Assembly (NCBI RefSeq): GCF_963921235.1
Contig: NC_086097.1
Location: 152,646,001 to 152,710,000 of the forward strand
DNA: 64,000 bases
Origin: Mobula hypostoma
Lineage: Eukaryota
Reading direction: 5' to 3'
Shown: positions 38,486-51,230 of the stretch, in pieces
Layout: every line of letters begins with the position of its first letter
Position numbering within the stretch: the first letter of the stretch is position 1
The notes under the pieces: generated by a model
Told to the model about the DNA's origin: nothing
The model's input: only the letters and a program-made list of their open reading frames with translations
Databases searched by the model: none
Translations under genes and position numbers: made by a program

Positions 38486-38659
38486 AACATTACCTCTTTC
38501 CTGTTGAACTCAATCCGCTGACTAATGTGTGCCAACACACCAAATACACAACCTTATCACATTCTCTGATAAAGACGTTGACACTGATAATTGAATTACT
38601 ATTTCCTAAAACACTCTTGGTCTCTTAATGTCTGTTAGGTCTGGACTCCATGTTTTTCC

Positions 38660-40262
38660 CCAAGCACAACTAATTAGAGGCAACCACATGGGCCCCAGCT
38701 ATGCCTGCCTTTTCATTGGCTATGTGGAACAGTCCGCGTTCCAAGCCTTCCCCGATAATTCTCCCTAAATATTTCTGTACTACACTGATGACAGCATTGG
38801 GGTTGCTTCATGCACCCATACCGAGCTTGTCAATTTCATCGACTTTGTCTCCAACTTCCACGCTGCCCTTAAATTCACTTGGTCCATTTACAATGCCTCT
38901 CTTCCCTTTCTCAATTTTTCTGTCTCCATCTTTGGAAACAAAGTATCTACCAACATCTTTTATGAACCTACAGATTCCCACAGCTATATTGACTATACTT
39001 TTTCCCACCCTGTCTCCTATAAAAATGCCATCCCCTTTTCTCAGTTCATTTGTCTCTGCTGCATCTGTTACCCGGATGAGCCTTTACTTTCCAGGGCAGT
39101 AGATAGTTTAAATCATTCAGCACAGACTAGATGGGCTGAAATCCCTGATTCTGTGCTGTACTTCTCCATGACATTAGAGATGTCTGCTTTCTTCAGATAA
39201 CAGGGCTTCCCTTCTTCGACCATTGCTGGTGGCCTCATCTACATCTGCTCCATTTCCCAGACATCCATGCTCACCTCATCTTCCTCTTGTCCTCACCTAC
39301 CACCCCATGAGACTCCATATCAAACACTTCATTCTCCACAATTTCTGCCATCTTCAACGGGACTCTACCATGAAACATATACTTACCTCACCTCCATTTT
39401 CTGCTTTCCACCGGGATCACTTCCTCCATGATTTTCTTGTTCATTCATCCCTCCCACTAATCTCCATCCTGGCAATTATCCCTGCAATCGACAGAAGTGC
39501 TTCACCTGCCCATTCACTTCTTACTTCACCTCCATTCTGGGCCCCAAACAGATCCTCCAGTGGAGGCAACAATTCACCTGAAAATCTGTTGGGGTTGTCT
39601 ACTGTATCAGTGCTTCCGACGTGGCCTGCTCCACCCTGGTGAGACCCAACGTAGATTGTGGACAACTTTGTCAAGCACCTCCGCTCCATCTACAAAAAGC
39701 AGGATTTCCCACTGGCCAGCCATTTTAATTCCTATCCCCATTCCCATTCTGGTATGTCAGTCCATCGCTTCCACTTCTGCCATGATGAGGCCACTCTCAG
39801 TTTGGAGAAACAACATCTTGTATTCTGTTTAGGTAGCCTCCAACCTGATGACATGAACATTGATTTCTCTAACTTCTGGTTGTTCTCCCCCTTCCCCATT
39901 CTCCAATTCCCCACTCTGGCCTCTTACTTCTTCTCAGCTGCCTATCACCTCCCCATGCTGTTCCTCTTCCTTCCCTTTCTCCCATGGTCCACTGTCCTCT
40001 CCCATTAGATTCTTTCTTCTCCAGCCACCTACCTTTTCCACATCATCTCCCAGCTTCTTACTTCACCTCACTCCCCACCACGCACCTGTCTTCACCTATC
40101 ATCTTCTATCTTAATCTCCTTTCCCTCCTCTCACCTTATCTGTATCTTTCCCCTTCCTTTCCTGTCTTGATGAAGGGTCTCAGCTCAAAATACCGACTGC
40201 TTATACATTTCCATAGGTGTTGCCTTACCTTCTGAGTTCCTGCAGCATTTTGTGCCTGTTCC
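38660..40262 (+). mobile_element. degenerate Penelope-like element (RT C-terminus, GIY-YIG, tail)
   Basis: Co-linear with 58340-59960 (MGPSYACL...SHSYIDY...PLVLTYHP...GETQRRL). Decayed hammerhead at 40163-40199 and a small CR1-tail insert at about 39095-39170. Confidence 0.88.
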
Positions 40263-40271
40263 TTGGCTATG

Positions 40272-41499
40272 TGTCACAATGGGGTGCTGGAAACAGACCC
40301 AAATGCATGACACAGAGACTGAAGTACAAGGAACAGGACTTGACTAGAGTAGGGACGTGACAGGATTCAGGCAAGGAGGAAGGACAAGAACGCAGAGCTG
40401 GGCTAGGGAAAGCAGGACCAGGACTAGGAACCATGGACTAGGAGACAAGGCTTGGACTCCAAGCCCGAGACTGGACAAGGACCAAGAACCTGGGTCTTGC
40501 CTCAGGCTCAGACCCGGAACCAGGCAAGGACATGACATGGCTTCAGGACAGGACATGGCTGGGATCTAGAGGCCTGAGTTTGGAGACAGGCTAGGGTTCT
40601 TGGGGCTGGAGGCCACAGGATCGTGGAGGCTTGGGTTCTTGGAGCTTGGCTGCGGGATCGTTGAGGCTTGGGTTCTTGGAGCTCAGAGACAGACTGGGAA
40701 CTAAACATCAACATAGAGCCGGGACTTATCCTTCGACAAGCCAGGACTCATCTTTAACACGACATTAACATGAGACAGGATAGATCATAGACATAGAGCC
40801 AGGACTTATCCTAAGACAAGCCGGGACTCAACTTCTCCACACCAAGATGGGACAGATCCACCTGTTGGGTAATGGCCAGGCTTACCCAACAGAGGCAAAG
40901 ACAAGACATGTCCTCCCACAGGGCAATGGCAAGATGGACTGACTTACCCCACACAGGTGAGGACAGGACAAGACATGACCCCCTCCATGGGGCACGGCAA
41001 GATGGCCTGACTTGCCCCACAGAGGCAAGGACAAGAAGAGACAAGCACCAAAGAACAACAGATAGTTCCATCTCTGCTCCAGGATAGCTCCAAGTCTCAG
41101 TTCGGCCAGCAACCTCGGCTGGCTACAGAAACAGCCAGATCCCTACCTAGCTCAGAGTGGCTGACAGCCACTCAGCTGGCCCGGGAAACAACCAAATCCT
41201 ACCACAAAGACAGATCTGACTACTGACAGAAAGGATCCATGAGGGGATGGTTCTCCAACACAGCCTAAAGATGGCAATTGGCTGCTCTAGCCTTCCACCA
41301 GCAGGTTGCTCCAAGGGGGACTGACAAGACAAACCAGCAGCCCATACTCAATCCCAAGGCTACGTATATTGCAAGCCCAAAGATGGGAATCAGGTGCCTT
41401 TGATTTAGTCAAACAAGGGACAGCTGGAAGACGCGGAGTCCTGAGTCCACGGACCGGACTGTGAACCGGAATGTGGACTTCACAGACCGGACCTTGGCA
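40272..41499 (-). mobile_element. solo LTR (about 1.23 kb) with internal tandem repeats
   Basis: TGTCA...TGGCA termini and a 5-bp TSD ctatg at 40267-40271 and 41500-41504. Confidence 0.88.
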
Positions 41500-43679
41500 C
41501 TATGTTTTAACACCTTCACATGCTTCCAATCCTTTTAAATCCTCTCATTACCCATAACCCTTTTTCAATATGCTATCACCATGTTTCACTCATTGGCTCT
41601 TTCCCCCTCCGGTTCTGGTTCCATCTGCCCTTTACCATTCCCATAATGGTTCCCATCCTCATTTTCTTTATTTAGATTCCAGCACAGGTAGCCTTGGTGT
41701 TCCTGCTTGTCAGCTTCTAGCTTACACCTCCAACATCACTCTCTTCTGGCTCCATCTGCCATTTTTAAGTCTGCCTCTACTGTTATCCACCTGCCTCTGG
41801 GTCCCAACTGCACCCCTCCACTTCCTTCCTGGCTTGATATGTCCATCGTCCATCGTCCTTCACCAGTACCTTGTCCACCAGTCAGTTTCTGGCCCCCATC
41901 TCATTACCCCTCCGTTTCTTCTTTTTTTATACTGGCTCTCTTGTTTTATTCCAAAACATTGGCAATTCCTTTCCTCCCTGACCTGCCTAATTCCTCCGAC
42001 AGATTGTTTGTTGCTCCAGGTTCCAGCATCTGAAGCTTGTTTTGTCTAACATGTCATCCTGGTGGCCAATTTGATGTTTATTGGCTTCCTGGTACTGCAT
42101 CTTGCATAGGCAAAATAACAGAGATATGATTTATCAACAGAACATACTTTATTGAACCAGTGACTCTAAGCTAACAGCATTATCTGGCACAACATAATCC
42201 AAGTCATAAACATGGTATAGTCAGTTCTCAAAGGTACAATTCCATTCACATCAGGATACATATACTGAGACCATCATATCCCAGACAAAAAAGATCTAGC
42301 AAAAAAGCTCAAATATGCACAGAGATGAAAATAAGGAACAAATCCAAGCCTTTTATCTTGTATATATTCCTGGCTAATTAGGGATGGAAGCCATGCTCCT
42401 TTTCATTCTTAACTTCCTCCCTTAATTTTGCTTTCAATTCATTTTTTTCCTACATTTGTTTCAATGTCAGGAGGAAGGTTACTGCTGCTGCGGGAAGTGT
42501 GGAAAATGCAAATCTAAAATGGTGTGTGTGCCGCATTGCATTCCTGCCCCTTTCAGCTTCCCATCCCAAGGAACGAACTATATGCTGTTAATGATTTACC
42601 TGCCACAGCAGAAGAATGTTTTCAAAAGGCAAAGAAACCATTAGGTGGTCTACAAAGGCAAGGTAATTTTCCTGTACCTGTCAACATTGATTGATGGCAC
42701 CCACAAAGGCACTGCATGACACCTGACAATTCAAAGAAATGTTCCTTACTTCACAGGACTCCTGAAAAAAATTGCATGAATAACAATACTAATGCCATTT
42801 TCTTCACTCTCAATATACTTCTGCCGCAACCAATTTACTCAATTAATTCCCCCATGTTACCCATCTTCCAACAGTATTTCTCTCCCGCACCCATTTTCTC
42901 CATTGCCATCGGATACCTATACAATCAGGATGAAAAATCCAAGAGCATGGAAAGAGCACATAACAGATTCAATATGGATTTTAAACAAGAAAGCAATTTT
43001 ATTGCTAAATCAAGAAGAATGGTGTTTACCATGTGAAGAGATGTTCCAAATCCATACTTTAAATGGGCTAATCTATATTTCAGCTTTTAAAGCCATATCA
43101 TATAGTAATTTTTTTGGATCCTGGCACTTTGTTCTCATCTGTTCTCAGTTCAAGGCACAGAGATAAGGTGTGCTCATTTCACCAGGTTACTGATCCCCTG
43201 CGGGTACTGAAGCTGTGTCCACGCAGCTACTTTCATGCAAAATGCATAGGCTCTAATACTGATTAATGTGTTATCTTCCCACATCTTAGAGTCTGCACAG
43301 AGCCTATCCATTCCTCCAAACCCCAAGTGAGCATACACGAAAGGCACTCAGATACATTTCTCATACTTTCTTACTCAGGGACTGTCCTTAAGCATCACAG
43401 GATTATTTTCAGGACTGGGAACATCAGTTTTCTCTGCCTGCCCCTGAGGTGCTGCAGTCTGCTGCGGTCACTCCACCACCATCACACGTCCTATGTGACC
43501 CATTGAGCTGCAGTGTGAGGCGGCTCACAGCAGGAAACGACTGGAGCTGCTTGTAGAATTTTCAGGCTCTCTCTGCGACTATGTGGGTTTCTTATCACAT
43601 CCCAAACGTGTGTTTGGCTGTGAGATTAATTGGCCACCTGAGTGTATTGTTGAATGATAGAAGGAGTCAATTTTAGAAA

Positions 43680-43784
43680 ACCTAGCACATTTAATTTTCC
43701 TACATTTGCACACTTGGCCCAGCAGTCGTGGAGCATACGGATCCCTTCTACCTTAGGCCACAAACTTATCAATCACCCCTCGTA
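43680..43784 (-). mobile_element. Tc1/mariner-like terminal fragment within a decayed SINE
   Basis: The reverse complement begins TA-CGAGGGGTGATTGATAAG, a mariner-type TIR start. Confidence 0.55.
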
Positions 43785-44012
43785 GGTGGATTTGCTGGGG
43801 AATGTGATGAGAATTGATTTTAAATTGGGATATGATTAGTGTAAATATATATTTATTGATCCATGAGGACTCAGTGTGCCAAGGCAATTGTTTCTATGCA
43901 GTAACTCTCAGAGAACTAGGACTTCCCGTTTTCTATTGTTTAGCAGCCCATTTTTAGTCTGATGACTTGATGTTCTGTGGAAGAAAGAGCTGTAAATTAT
44001 GAGAAGTTTAGT

Positions 44013-44091
44013 AGGGCTGCACGGTAGTGTAGTGGTTAGCACATCACCTTACAGGCCATTGACTAGAGTTCAATCCCCAGCACTGCCTGTA
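44013..44091 (+). mobile_element. tRNA-derived head of a V-SINE (HE1-like); body resumes at 50172-50326
   Basis: A-box-like tagtgtagtgg and B-box-like agttcaatccc. The downstream V-domain (ttcctcccacattccaaagatgtgcgg) and CR1-derived tail are at 50172-50326. Confidence 0.75.
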
Positions 44092-44494
44092 AGAATCAGA
44101 ATCGCAATCAGGTTTATTATTGGCATGTGTCGTGAAATTTGTTAACTTAGCAGCAGCAGTTCAATGCAATATATGATGTAAAAGAAAATAAATAGATTAA
44201 TCAATAAATCAATTACTGTATATATGTATATTGAATAGATCAAAAATTGTGCAAAAACAGAAATAATATATATTAAAAATGTGAGGTAGTGTTCACAGGT
44301 TCAATGTCCATTTAGGAATTGGATGGCAGAGGGGAAGAAGCTGTTCCTGAATCACTGAGTGTGGGCCTTCAGGCTTCTGTACCTCCTGCCTGATGGTAAC
44401 TGTTATGATATACTTGTACATGCACTGGTGAGCAGACGAATAATGTTGGTGCGCATGCACCATTGTTTTTATCTGAAATATCTGTCTCGAAACA

Positions 44495-44513
44495 TGGTGG
44501 CAGCGGTGGAGAT
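44495..44513 (+). promoter_or_regulatory. primer-binding site complementary to the tRNA-Leu 3' end
   Basis: TGGTGGCAGCGGTGGaGAT directly after the 5' LTR. Confidence 0.85.
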
Positions 44514-44622
44514 TGGAAAATTGCTTTTTTCAACCACAGCGCCTGATTTTTTCAACCTGCAGTTGGCAGCATAACAATAGTGCAACTCTGAAACATTGGA
44601 GGGTTAGTGTAAGAGTAGAAAA

Positions 44623-47600
44623 ATGTTGACCAAGACGAGCAACCAGCCACAGATAGAGACGGGTGCAGTAGCAATGCCTGGAGGTGAGACAGCAGAATCT
44701 CAGCGGCATCCAGCACCTGCAGGCGACCCCATGCTAGGGAACCATGGTCGGGGCGGAAGTCCTCACCCAGTCAGCAGCATCCGCCCACCACTGGCCGTGA
44801 CGGTCAACCGCGGAGTGATAGAGGGATGGAAGACATGGCAGCAGATGTGGACTAACTACAGCGTCGTAGCACAACTGCACAAACAAGTGTAAGGGTTTTT
44901 TTCTTTTATGTTACTGCGTAGGCTAAATAAAATGGCTTCTTTGTTATGTTATAATTGAAGTGGCTTCTTTGTTATGTTAACTGCTGAGAAAGTCCTCCTG
45001 CTAGCAGTTTGTTTGGATTATGTTGTTGATAAGAGGATGAATGAACCAATTGGGATAGATGTTATTCTTTCTCTGTGTCTGTAAGTTATTGTGATGCGCA
45101 GGATTTTGGGGAGAAGGCGCGAGAGAGAGAGGGAGAGAGGATGGACAAGATGCTGTGAGTCGCTAACGGGGTTGGACCCCGAGCAGGAGTCCAAGGTCCA
45201 GGGTGTTCAGCGAGGAGAGGAGACAGAGACGGACTCATGTAGAGCGTCTGGTTGACCACCGTTGTTGGTCCCAGGCAGCAGATCGAGGTGGTCCGAGGGG
45301 ATCACAGGGTGAAGAAGGAGGGTTCCAGGCTCCAACTGTTTATGCACGAAGAGATTGAACTTTGATAAGTGTGGCACCTTTTATTTTCCTTTTATATTTT
45401 ATCTCTATTCATTATGTAGTTCCAGTAATATCTATGAACTGTAAATTATTTAATCGTATCTGGTGTATTGTCTGTTATTTGGGCAGGGTGGAGTACATCA
45501 CACAGCATCCACACAAACTAATTACCCAGTTCGGTGGGGCTGAGGGCTGTTTCCATAGACGACAGCGAACTGAGCGACCCTGAGGCTGGCCAGGGAGGCT
45601 ACACAAGTTCCAGCATACCAGACAGCATTATTTTTACATACAATTGGACCATCAGGACTTGAGGTCTACAACAGCTTTGTGTTCACAGATGAGGCTGAAG
45701 GCCAAGACCTCGCAAAGATTTTAGCTGCATTTAACAGATATGCTATTGGTGAGAAAAATGAGACATATGAACGGTACTTGTTCAGCAAGCGGCAACAAGA
45801 ACAAGGTGAGACGTTTCTTGCCAGCTTTAGATCTCTTGCAAAGACATGTAATTTTTGCTCATGTATGTCAGACAGTCTGCTGAGAGACAAGATCGTACTG
45901 GGCACTAACGACTCCCAAACCAGAAAACGTCTGTTACAAGAGAGAAAGATATCGCTCAGTGACTGCATTGACATCTGTAAAAGCACAGAAATGGCTGAAT
46001 CACACCTACAAGCATTCAGTACATCTGCAGGTAGCAGGTCTGCTACTGTCCATGGGATTAAACCTCGCAGTAACAAGAAAGATTCAAAGCATCCTGGACA
46101 GAAGGCTAGTGCTAGTGGTGGAGCCAGAGCAAAAGGCACCTTGAACAGCCACAGAAGCAAAGTGAACCCTTGCAAGTACTGTGGCACGAGACATACAAGA
46201 GACAAGCATACGGACAGGTATGCAAGGCGTGTGGCATTGGAAATCACTTTGCAAAGGTATGCAAGCAGAAGCCTGTGCATGGGGTGGAAGCACAGAGCGA
46301 TGACCAAGCCAACAGTGACAGCAGCACCGAGTTTATCAACAACATCATACTTGTGGTCAACAGTTTGAAGACAACGGATGACGTATTCGCACAGATGCTC
46401 ATCAATGGAAAGCCAATAGACTTCCAAGTTGACAGCGGGGTGAACATTAATATTTTACCCCGCAAATACCCCGCAAATACTTGGAGGGAGTAGACCACAT
46501 ACTGAGACAATGCACAAAAAAGTTTATGATGTGGAAAAGACCACCATGGATGCAGAAGGGATGTGTAGAGTGAAATTGCGTAACCCCATGACGAACCACA
46601 AGTATTCTGTTGAATTTGTCGTGGTCACAGATGACTTTACACCATTGCTGGGAAGCAGGGTCAGCCAGCAAATGAAGCTGATTACAGTCAACAATGACAA
46701 CTTTTGCAGGGTGCATGCATCTACACTTAAAAAAAAATGCACACCAGAAGAACGCCATGCAGAGGTGTTTGATGATGCACTCGGGGAGCTTCCGGGTGCA
46801 GCCCACCTGCAGATTGATGAGGAAGTTCAACCCACAGTGTTACCCCCACGACGTCTGCCTCACGCTATGAAGCGGAAAGTGAAAGCTGAGCTTGATCAAC
46901 TGGTAGACCGCAAGATGATAGCTCCAGTCCTTGAACCTACAAGGTGGGTTAGCCAGTTAGTGGTGGCAGAGAAGAAGAACGGCAATCTTTGTAGATGCAT
47001 TGACCCTCGACCATTGAACAAAACGCTGAGGAGAGAACACTACCCCCTTCCAGTGATAGAAGACATTTTGCCAGATCTTGACCAGGCTAAGGTTTTCAGC
47101 AAGCTTGATATGAGTTCTGCATTCTGGCAAGTGAAATTGGACAGTGAATCAAGCATGCTCATCACTTTCAACACACCTTTCGGGTGGTATAGATGGCTCA
47201 GACTCCTGTTTGGAAGCAGCATTTCATCAGAGATCTTCCAGCGCAGGTTGCATCAGGTGCTGGGAGGACTATTGGGAGTGATCTGCGTCGCAGATGACAT
47301 TCTGGTGTACGGAAAAGGGGAAATGCAGGAAAAGGCAATCGCCAATCTTGATGTGAAACTTGATCAGCTATTACAGCGTTGTGCAGGGCAGTATATCAGG
47401 CTCAACAAGAACACATCTGTCTTCAGAGCGACAGAGATACCCTTTTGGGGGCATCTCACCACAAGTGAGGGACTTCAGCCTGATCCTAAAAGTCGCTGAC
47501 GTTCTCAACATGTCAGCACCCATGGATGTGCAGGGAGTGCAGCGATTGTTTGGATTTGTCAACTACCTGAGCCGTTTTCTACCATTTTTCTCAGATACCC

Positions 47601-49500
47601 TTGAGCCAATAAGACAGCTGACAAAGCCGGATGTAGCATGGGAGTGGTCAGCTGGGCAGCAAAACGCTCTCTCTAAGATCAAGCGGATGGTATCCGAAGC
47701 ACCGGTGTTAGCATACTACCACTCTAAGGAAGAGCTAACTATCCAATGTGACGCCAGCAGCAAAGGCCTAGGGGCAGCACTCCTCCAGAATGGACGTCCG
47801 ATCGCATATGCAAGCAGAGTGCTAACGGACACAGAAACGCATTACGCAGCGATTGAAAAGGAAATGCTCGCAATCGTTTTCGCACGAGCGTTTTCATCAA
47901 TACACTTTTGGCTGCTTCACAAGAGTACTCAGCGATCACAAGCCACTCAAAATGATAGTTAAGAAGCCGTTGGTGAAGGCACCAAAGCACCTACAAGGGA
48001 ATGCTTCTTCGCCTGCAGAGCTATGACTTCGACATCACCTACTGTCAAGGAAAGCTCATGCACATTGCGGATATGCTATTATGAGCGGTTAGTGGTACTC
48101 CAGGCCAGGAAAACAGCTTCGACAAAGTCAACTTGCTATCGCACCTGCCAATTCACATAGCAACAGCGAAAGATGACACTCTATAAGTGTTGAAACGTGT
48201 AATCTTCAGTGGATGGCCGAGCGAACATGCCATGCTATCAGAGCAACTTACACCTTACTATAGCTATAGGGATGAGCTCGCAGACCAAGACACCTTAATC
48301 TTCAAAGGTGAGCGTGTCATCATACCGCAAAATGAGCGAAAGCAAATGAAGGAAAGAATTCATTCGTCACACTAAGGCGTAGAAGGATGCCTCAGATGCG
48401 CACGCGAATGTCATTTTTGGCCAGGCATGAGTAGCAACATCAAGCAATATATTGCTACATGTGATATTTGTCGCACATACGAAATGAGTCAGCAGAAAGA
48501 ATCGCTTGTGAGTCATGAGGTACCTGCTCGGCCGTGGGAAAAGTTAGGTACTGACCTGTTTACATTTGAAGGAAAAGAGTACCTCGTCACTGCTGATTAC
48601 TACAGCAATTTCTTCGAGGTAGATCTTCTTTGTGATACGACCAGCGCAACCGTTATTCGCAATTTGAAGGCTCATTTTGCGAGATATGGTAGCCCAACAC
48701 AACTGGTTGGTGATAACGGGCCACAATACACGTCAGCAGAGTTTCACAGATTTGCACGAGAATGGGATTTTGAGCATTTGGGTAGCAGCACCGGAAATAG
48801 CAGAGTGAATGGAAAAGCTGAATCAGCAGTTAAAACAGCTAAGTGGATCCTCACAAAGAGCAACAAATCGCGAGCAGATCCCTACCTCGCACTTCTCGAA
48901 CATCGCAACACAACCTCGCAAGGGCTCAGCACAAGTCCTACCCAGCGTTTGATGAATGGCCGCACACGCACGCTCCTGCCTACAACAGCGAGTGTACTGG
49001 AACCCAGAGTTGTACATGAACGCGAGCGTATGAAACAACATGTCCAGCAGCAGGCCGACAATTACAACAAGACAGCCAAAGATCTTGTCCCACTTGACGA
49101 AGGGGATACCGTGCACATGCAACCCCTGGTGCAAAGTAAAAAGAATTGGGAGAAAGCAATTGTGTGTCGGCGCCTGATGAGCGTTTATATGTAGTTCAAA
49201 CCCCTTCTGCGATCTACCGACGTAATCGCACACATTGAAGAAAGACGGCCGAGGAACCGCCTGAAAAGCTAATCACATATGAACAGGCAAAACTAGGTCA
49301 AACAACCGAAATCAATGACCACAGTGCGCCTACCACATCAAATGCACACAGCCAAACACTAGCAGAGGCTAATGACATAACACAAACATTGAAACTTGCA
49401 AATAGCAAACAACAGGATTCGGACAAAACAGTAAAAACTTGTTCCGGCCACACAGCGAAAAGGCCACAATATCTAGAAGACTTTGTCCCACATCGAATAA
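44623..49500 (+). pseudogene. Gypsy gag-pol polyprotein (interrupted and frameshifted)
   Basis: gag (ETYERYLF, RDKIVLG, CKACGIGNHFAKVC), protease FQVDSG, RT (CIDPRPLN, FSKLD, VADDIL), RNase H (CDASSKGLGA) and integrase (GTDLF, DNGPQY, NGKAESAV). Confidence 0.93.
44888..45603 (+). mobile_element. solo LTR (716 bp) of an unrelated family inserted in Gypsy gag
   Basis: TGTAA...CTACA termini with a 4-bp TSD caag at 44884-44887 and 45604-45607. Removing it restores the gag frame AQLHKQVPAYQTALFLHTIGP. Orientation is uncertain. Confidence 0.92.
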
Positions 49501-50150
49501 TTGCATGAACAATAATTCTGTGATACTACTTGGCATTTTAATGTCATGTTTATACTCAAAGAAGGACCATGTCCTATTTGAGGTACTGTAGTTTGTAGTT
49601 TGAAGTTAAAGTCGAATTTTAGTATGTTTTATATTTTGTATGTATGCTCATACAAATGGAAATAATGAGTAGTATGTATTTGTGACAGGCAGAAGAGACA
49701 TAAGACATGATTAATGAATGCTTTGAAAGTTAATTCCATGAAAATACACTGGAAAGCAGACTTCAGAGAAATTGAGTTTAATTGTTAATACAATTGTTCC
49801 TTTTCTTTGTTTTGATAAAAAAGGGGGATGTTATGGTTTACTTGTTCATGTACTCGTGAGCAGGTGATTAAAGTTGGTGTGCATGCACCATTGATTTATC
49901 AGAAATATCTGTCTCGCAACAGTAACAGAGCATGCCCTGGGTGCTGGGGGTCCTTAATAATGGATGCTGCCTTTCTGAGACAGCGCTCCTTGAAGACGTC
50001 CTGGTACATAGAGCTTAGAAGAATAGAGGGCTATGGGTAACCTGAGGTAATTTCTAAAGTAAGTGCATGTTCGGCAAAGCATTGTGGGCTGAAGGGCCTG
50101 TATTTTACTGTAGGTTTTCTATGTTTTTCTACTTTGTAGTCTAGTACCCA

Positions 50151-50171
50151 GGTTAGGGTTAGGGTTAGGTT
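50151..50171 (+). repeat. short interstitial telomeric repeat, about 3 units of TTAGGG
   Basis: ggttagggttagggttaggtt. Confidence 0.8.
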
Positions 50172-51230
50172 ACACATTTCTCCCATGACCACATGGGTTT
50201 TGTCTGGGTGCTTCTATTTCCTCCCACATTCCAAAGATGTGCGGATTAGTAGGTTATTGGTCACATGGGTGGTCATTTGGCGACACAAGCTTGAAGGGCC
50301 AAAAGGGCCTGATACTGTGCTGTATTAAACATTCATTATTTTACTTTCTCTGTCATCACGTTGGAGCCATGGCATTCCAATGAAAATATACAACACACTG
50401 ACAAAGAACAGCTGCCTTTAGAAATGAAGAGAATAATATGGTGATGGTGGAAAATAATATAGATCATGGTGATTTCTGCTTGTGATTTTCACTGCCTGTG
50501 CCAATTTAGACTTTGAAAATGAAATAAGCCTTAATGTTCTACCTGCACACTTTGAAAAGCGGGAGTCTGGGATCTACTGACAGATTGAGAAGGCTGATCC
50601 CTCTACGATGGGTCTCTATGGATTCCAGTGTTCAGCACTGTCTTTGTTAAGATTCCCCAGCAGGATTCAAGAAGTCACTGATGTTGGTACAAATTAGAGG
50701 ATGAAGAGAACAAACGTACAAATAACTTATTTTGAAATTAGTTTGCCTTTAATCATTTACATATTTATTATTTTAGTTCATTTGACTTTTTTTATTCAAT
50801 TTAATTTCTAAAAATTTCCATGTGTTAACATTAGAAACATTTAAAGCCATTAAAGTCAATGACAAATTTACAGCAAAAAGATCCACTCGGAGCTTTACTG
50901 GCTGATTAAATCTCTCAGGAGTAGATGGGACATAGAGCCTGCTTACTTTATCACGAAGTGTATAGCAGGAACTTGAATGAGGCCACTGGATTTCACAGTG
51001 GACGGATGAGGAATGGATAGATATCATGTGCCATATCTACAAGGAAATTGGTAAATGTGTTTTTAATTATCACAAGTCTAAGTACAGAAAAAACCTTGTT
51101 TTGCCTACAGTTCTTCAGATCATTTAATCACGTTAGTTCATCAAAGTAGTACAAGGGAAAACTTCAACAGAAAGTGAAATAAATACTATAGTTACAGAAA
51201 AAGTTCAGTGCAATCAAACAAGAAGTGAAT

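Larger units (their letters stand above)
44401..49921 (+). mobile_element. Ty3/Gypsy LTR retrotransposon (Mag-like), near complete, decayed
   Basis: LTRs 44401-44494 and 49829-49921 (TGTT...AACA), TSD gtaac at 44396-44400 and 49922-49926, a PBS, PPT aaaaaaggggga, and domain order gag-PR-RT-RH-INT. Confidence 0.96.
44092..50150 (-). mobile_element. Rex1 3' fragment split by the Gypsy element (pieces 44092-44400, 49922-50005, 50130-50150)
   Basis: Matches 19147-19495 and 22134-22550 on both sides of the Gypsy TSD. A CR1 tail is inserted at about 50007-50129. Confidence 0.88.

Noticed and set aside
42456..42644. Cys-rich peptide EEGYCCCGKCGKCKSKM as an exon or metallothionein-like gene
   Set aside because: Short, with only a weak donor and no other exons or recognisable family. 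Not supportable without RNA or homology data.
44013..44091. tRNA gene
   Set aside because: It has A/B-box-like motifs but no complete cloverleaf, and it continues as a SINE body at 50172.
50999..51056. candidate exon WTDEEWIDIMCHIYKEI with gtaaat donor
   Set aside because: The apparent donor is the terminal sequence of a minus-strand Rex1 tail, and there is no other support.
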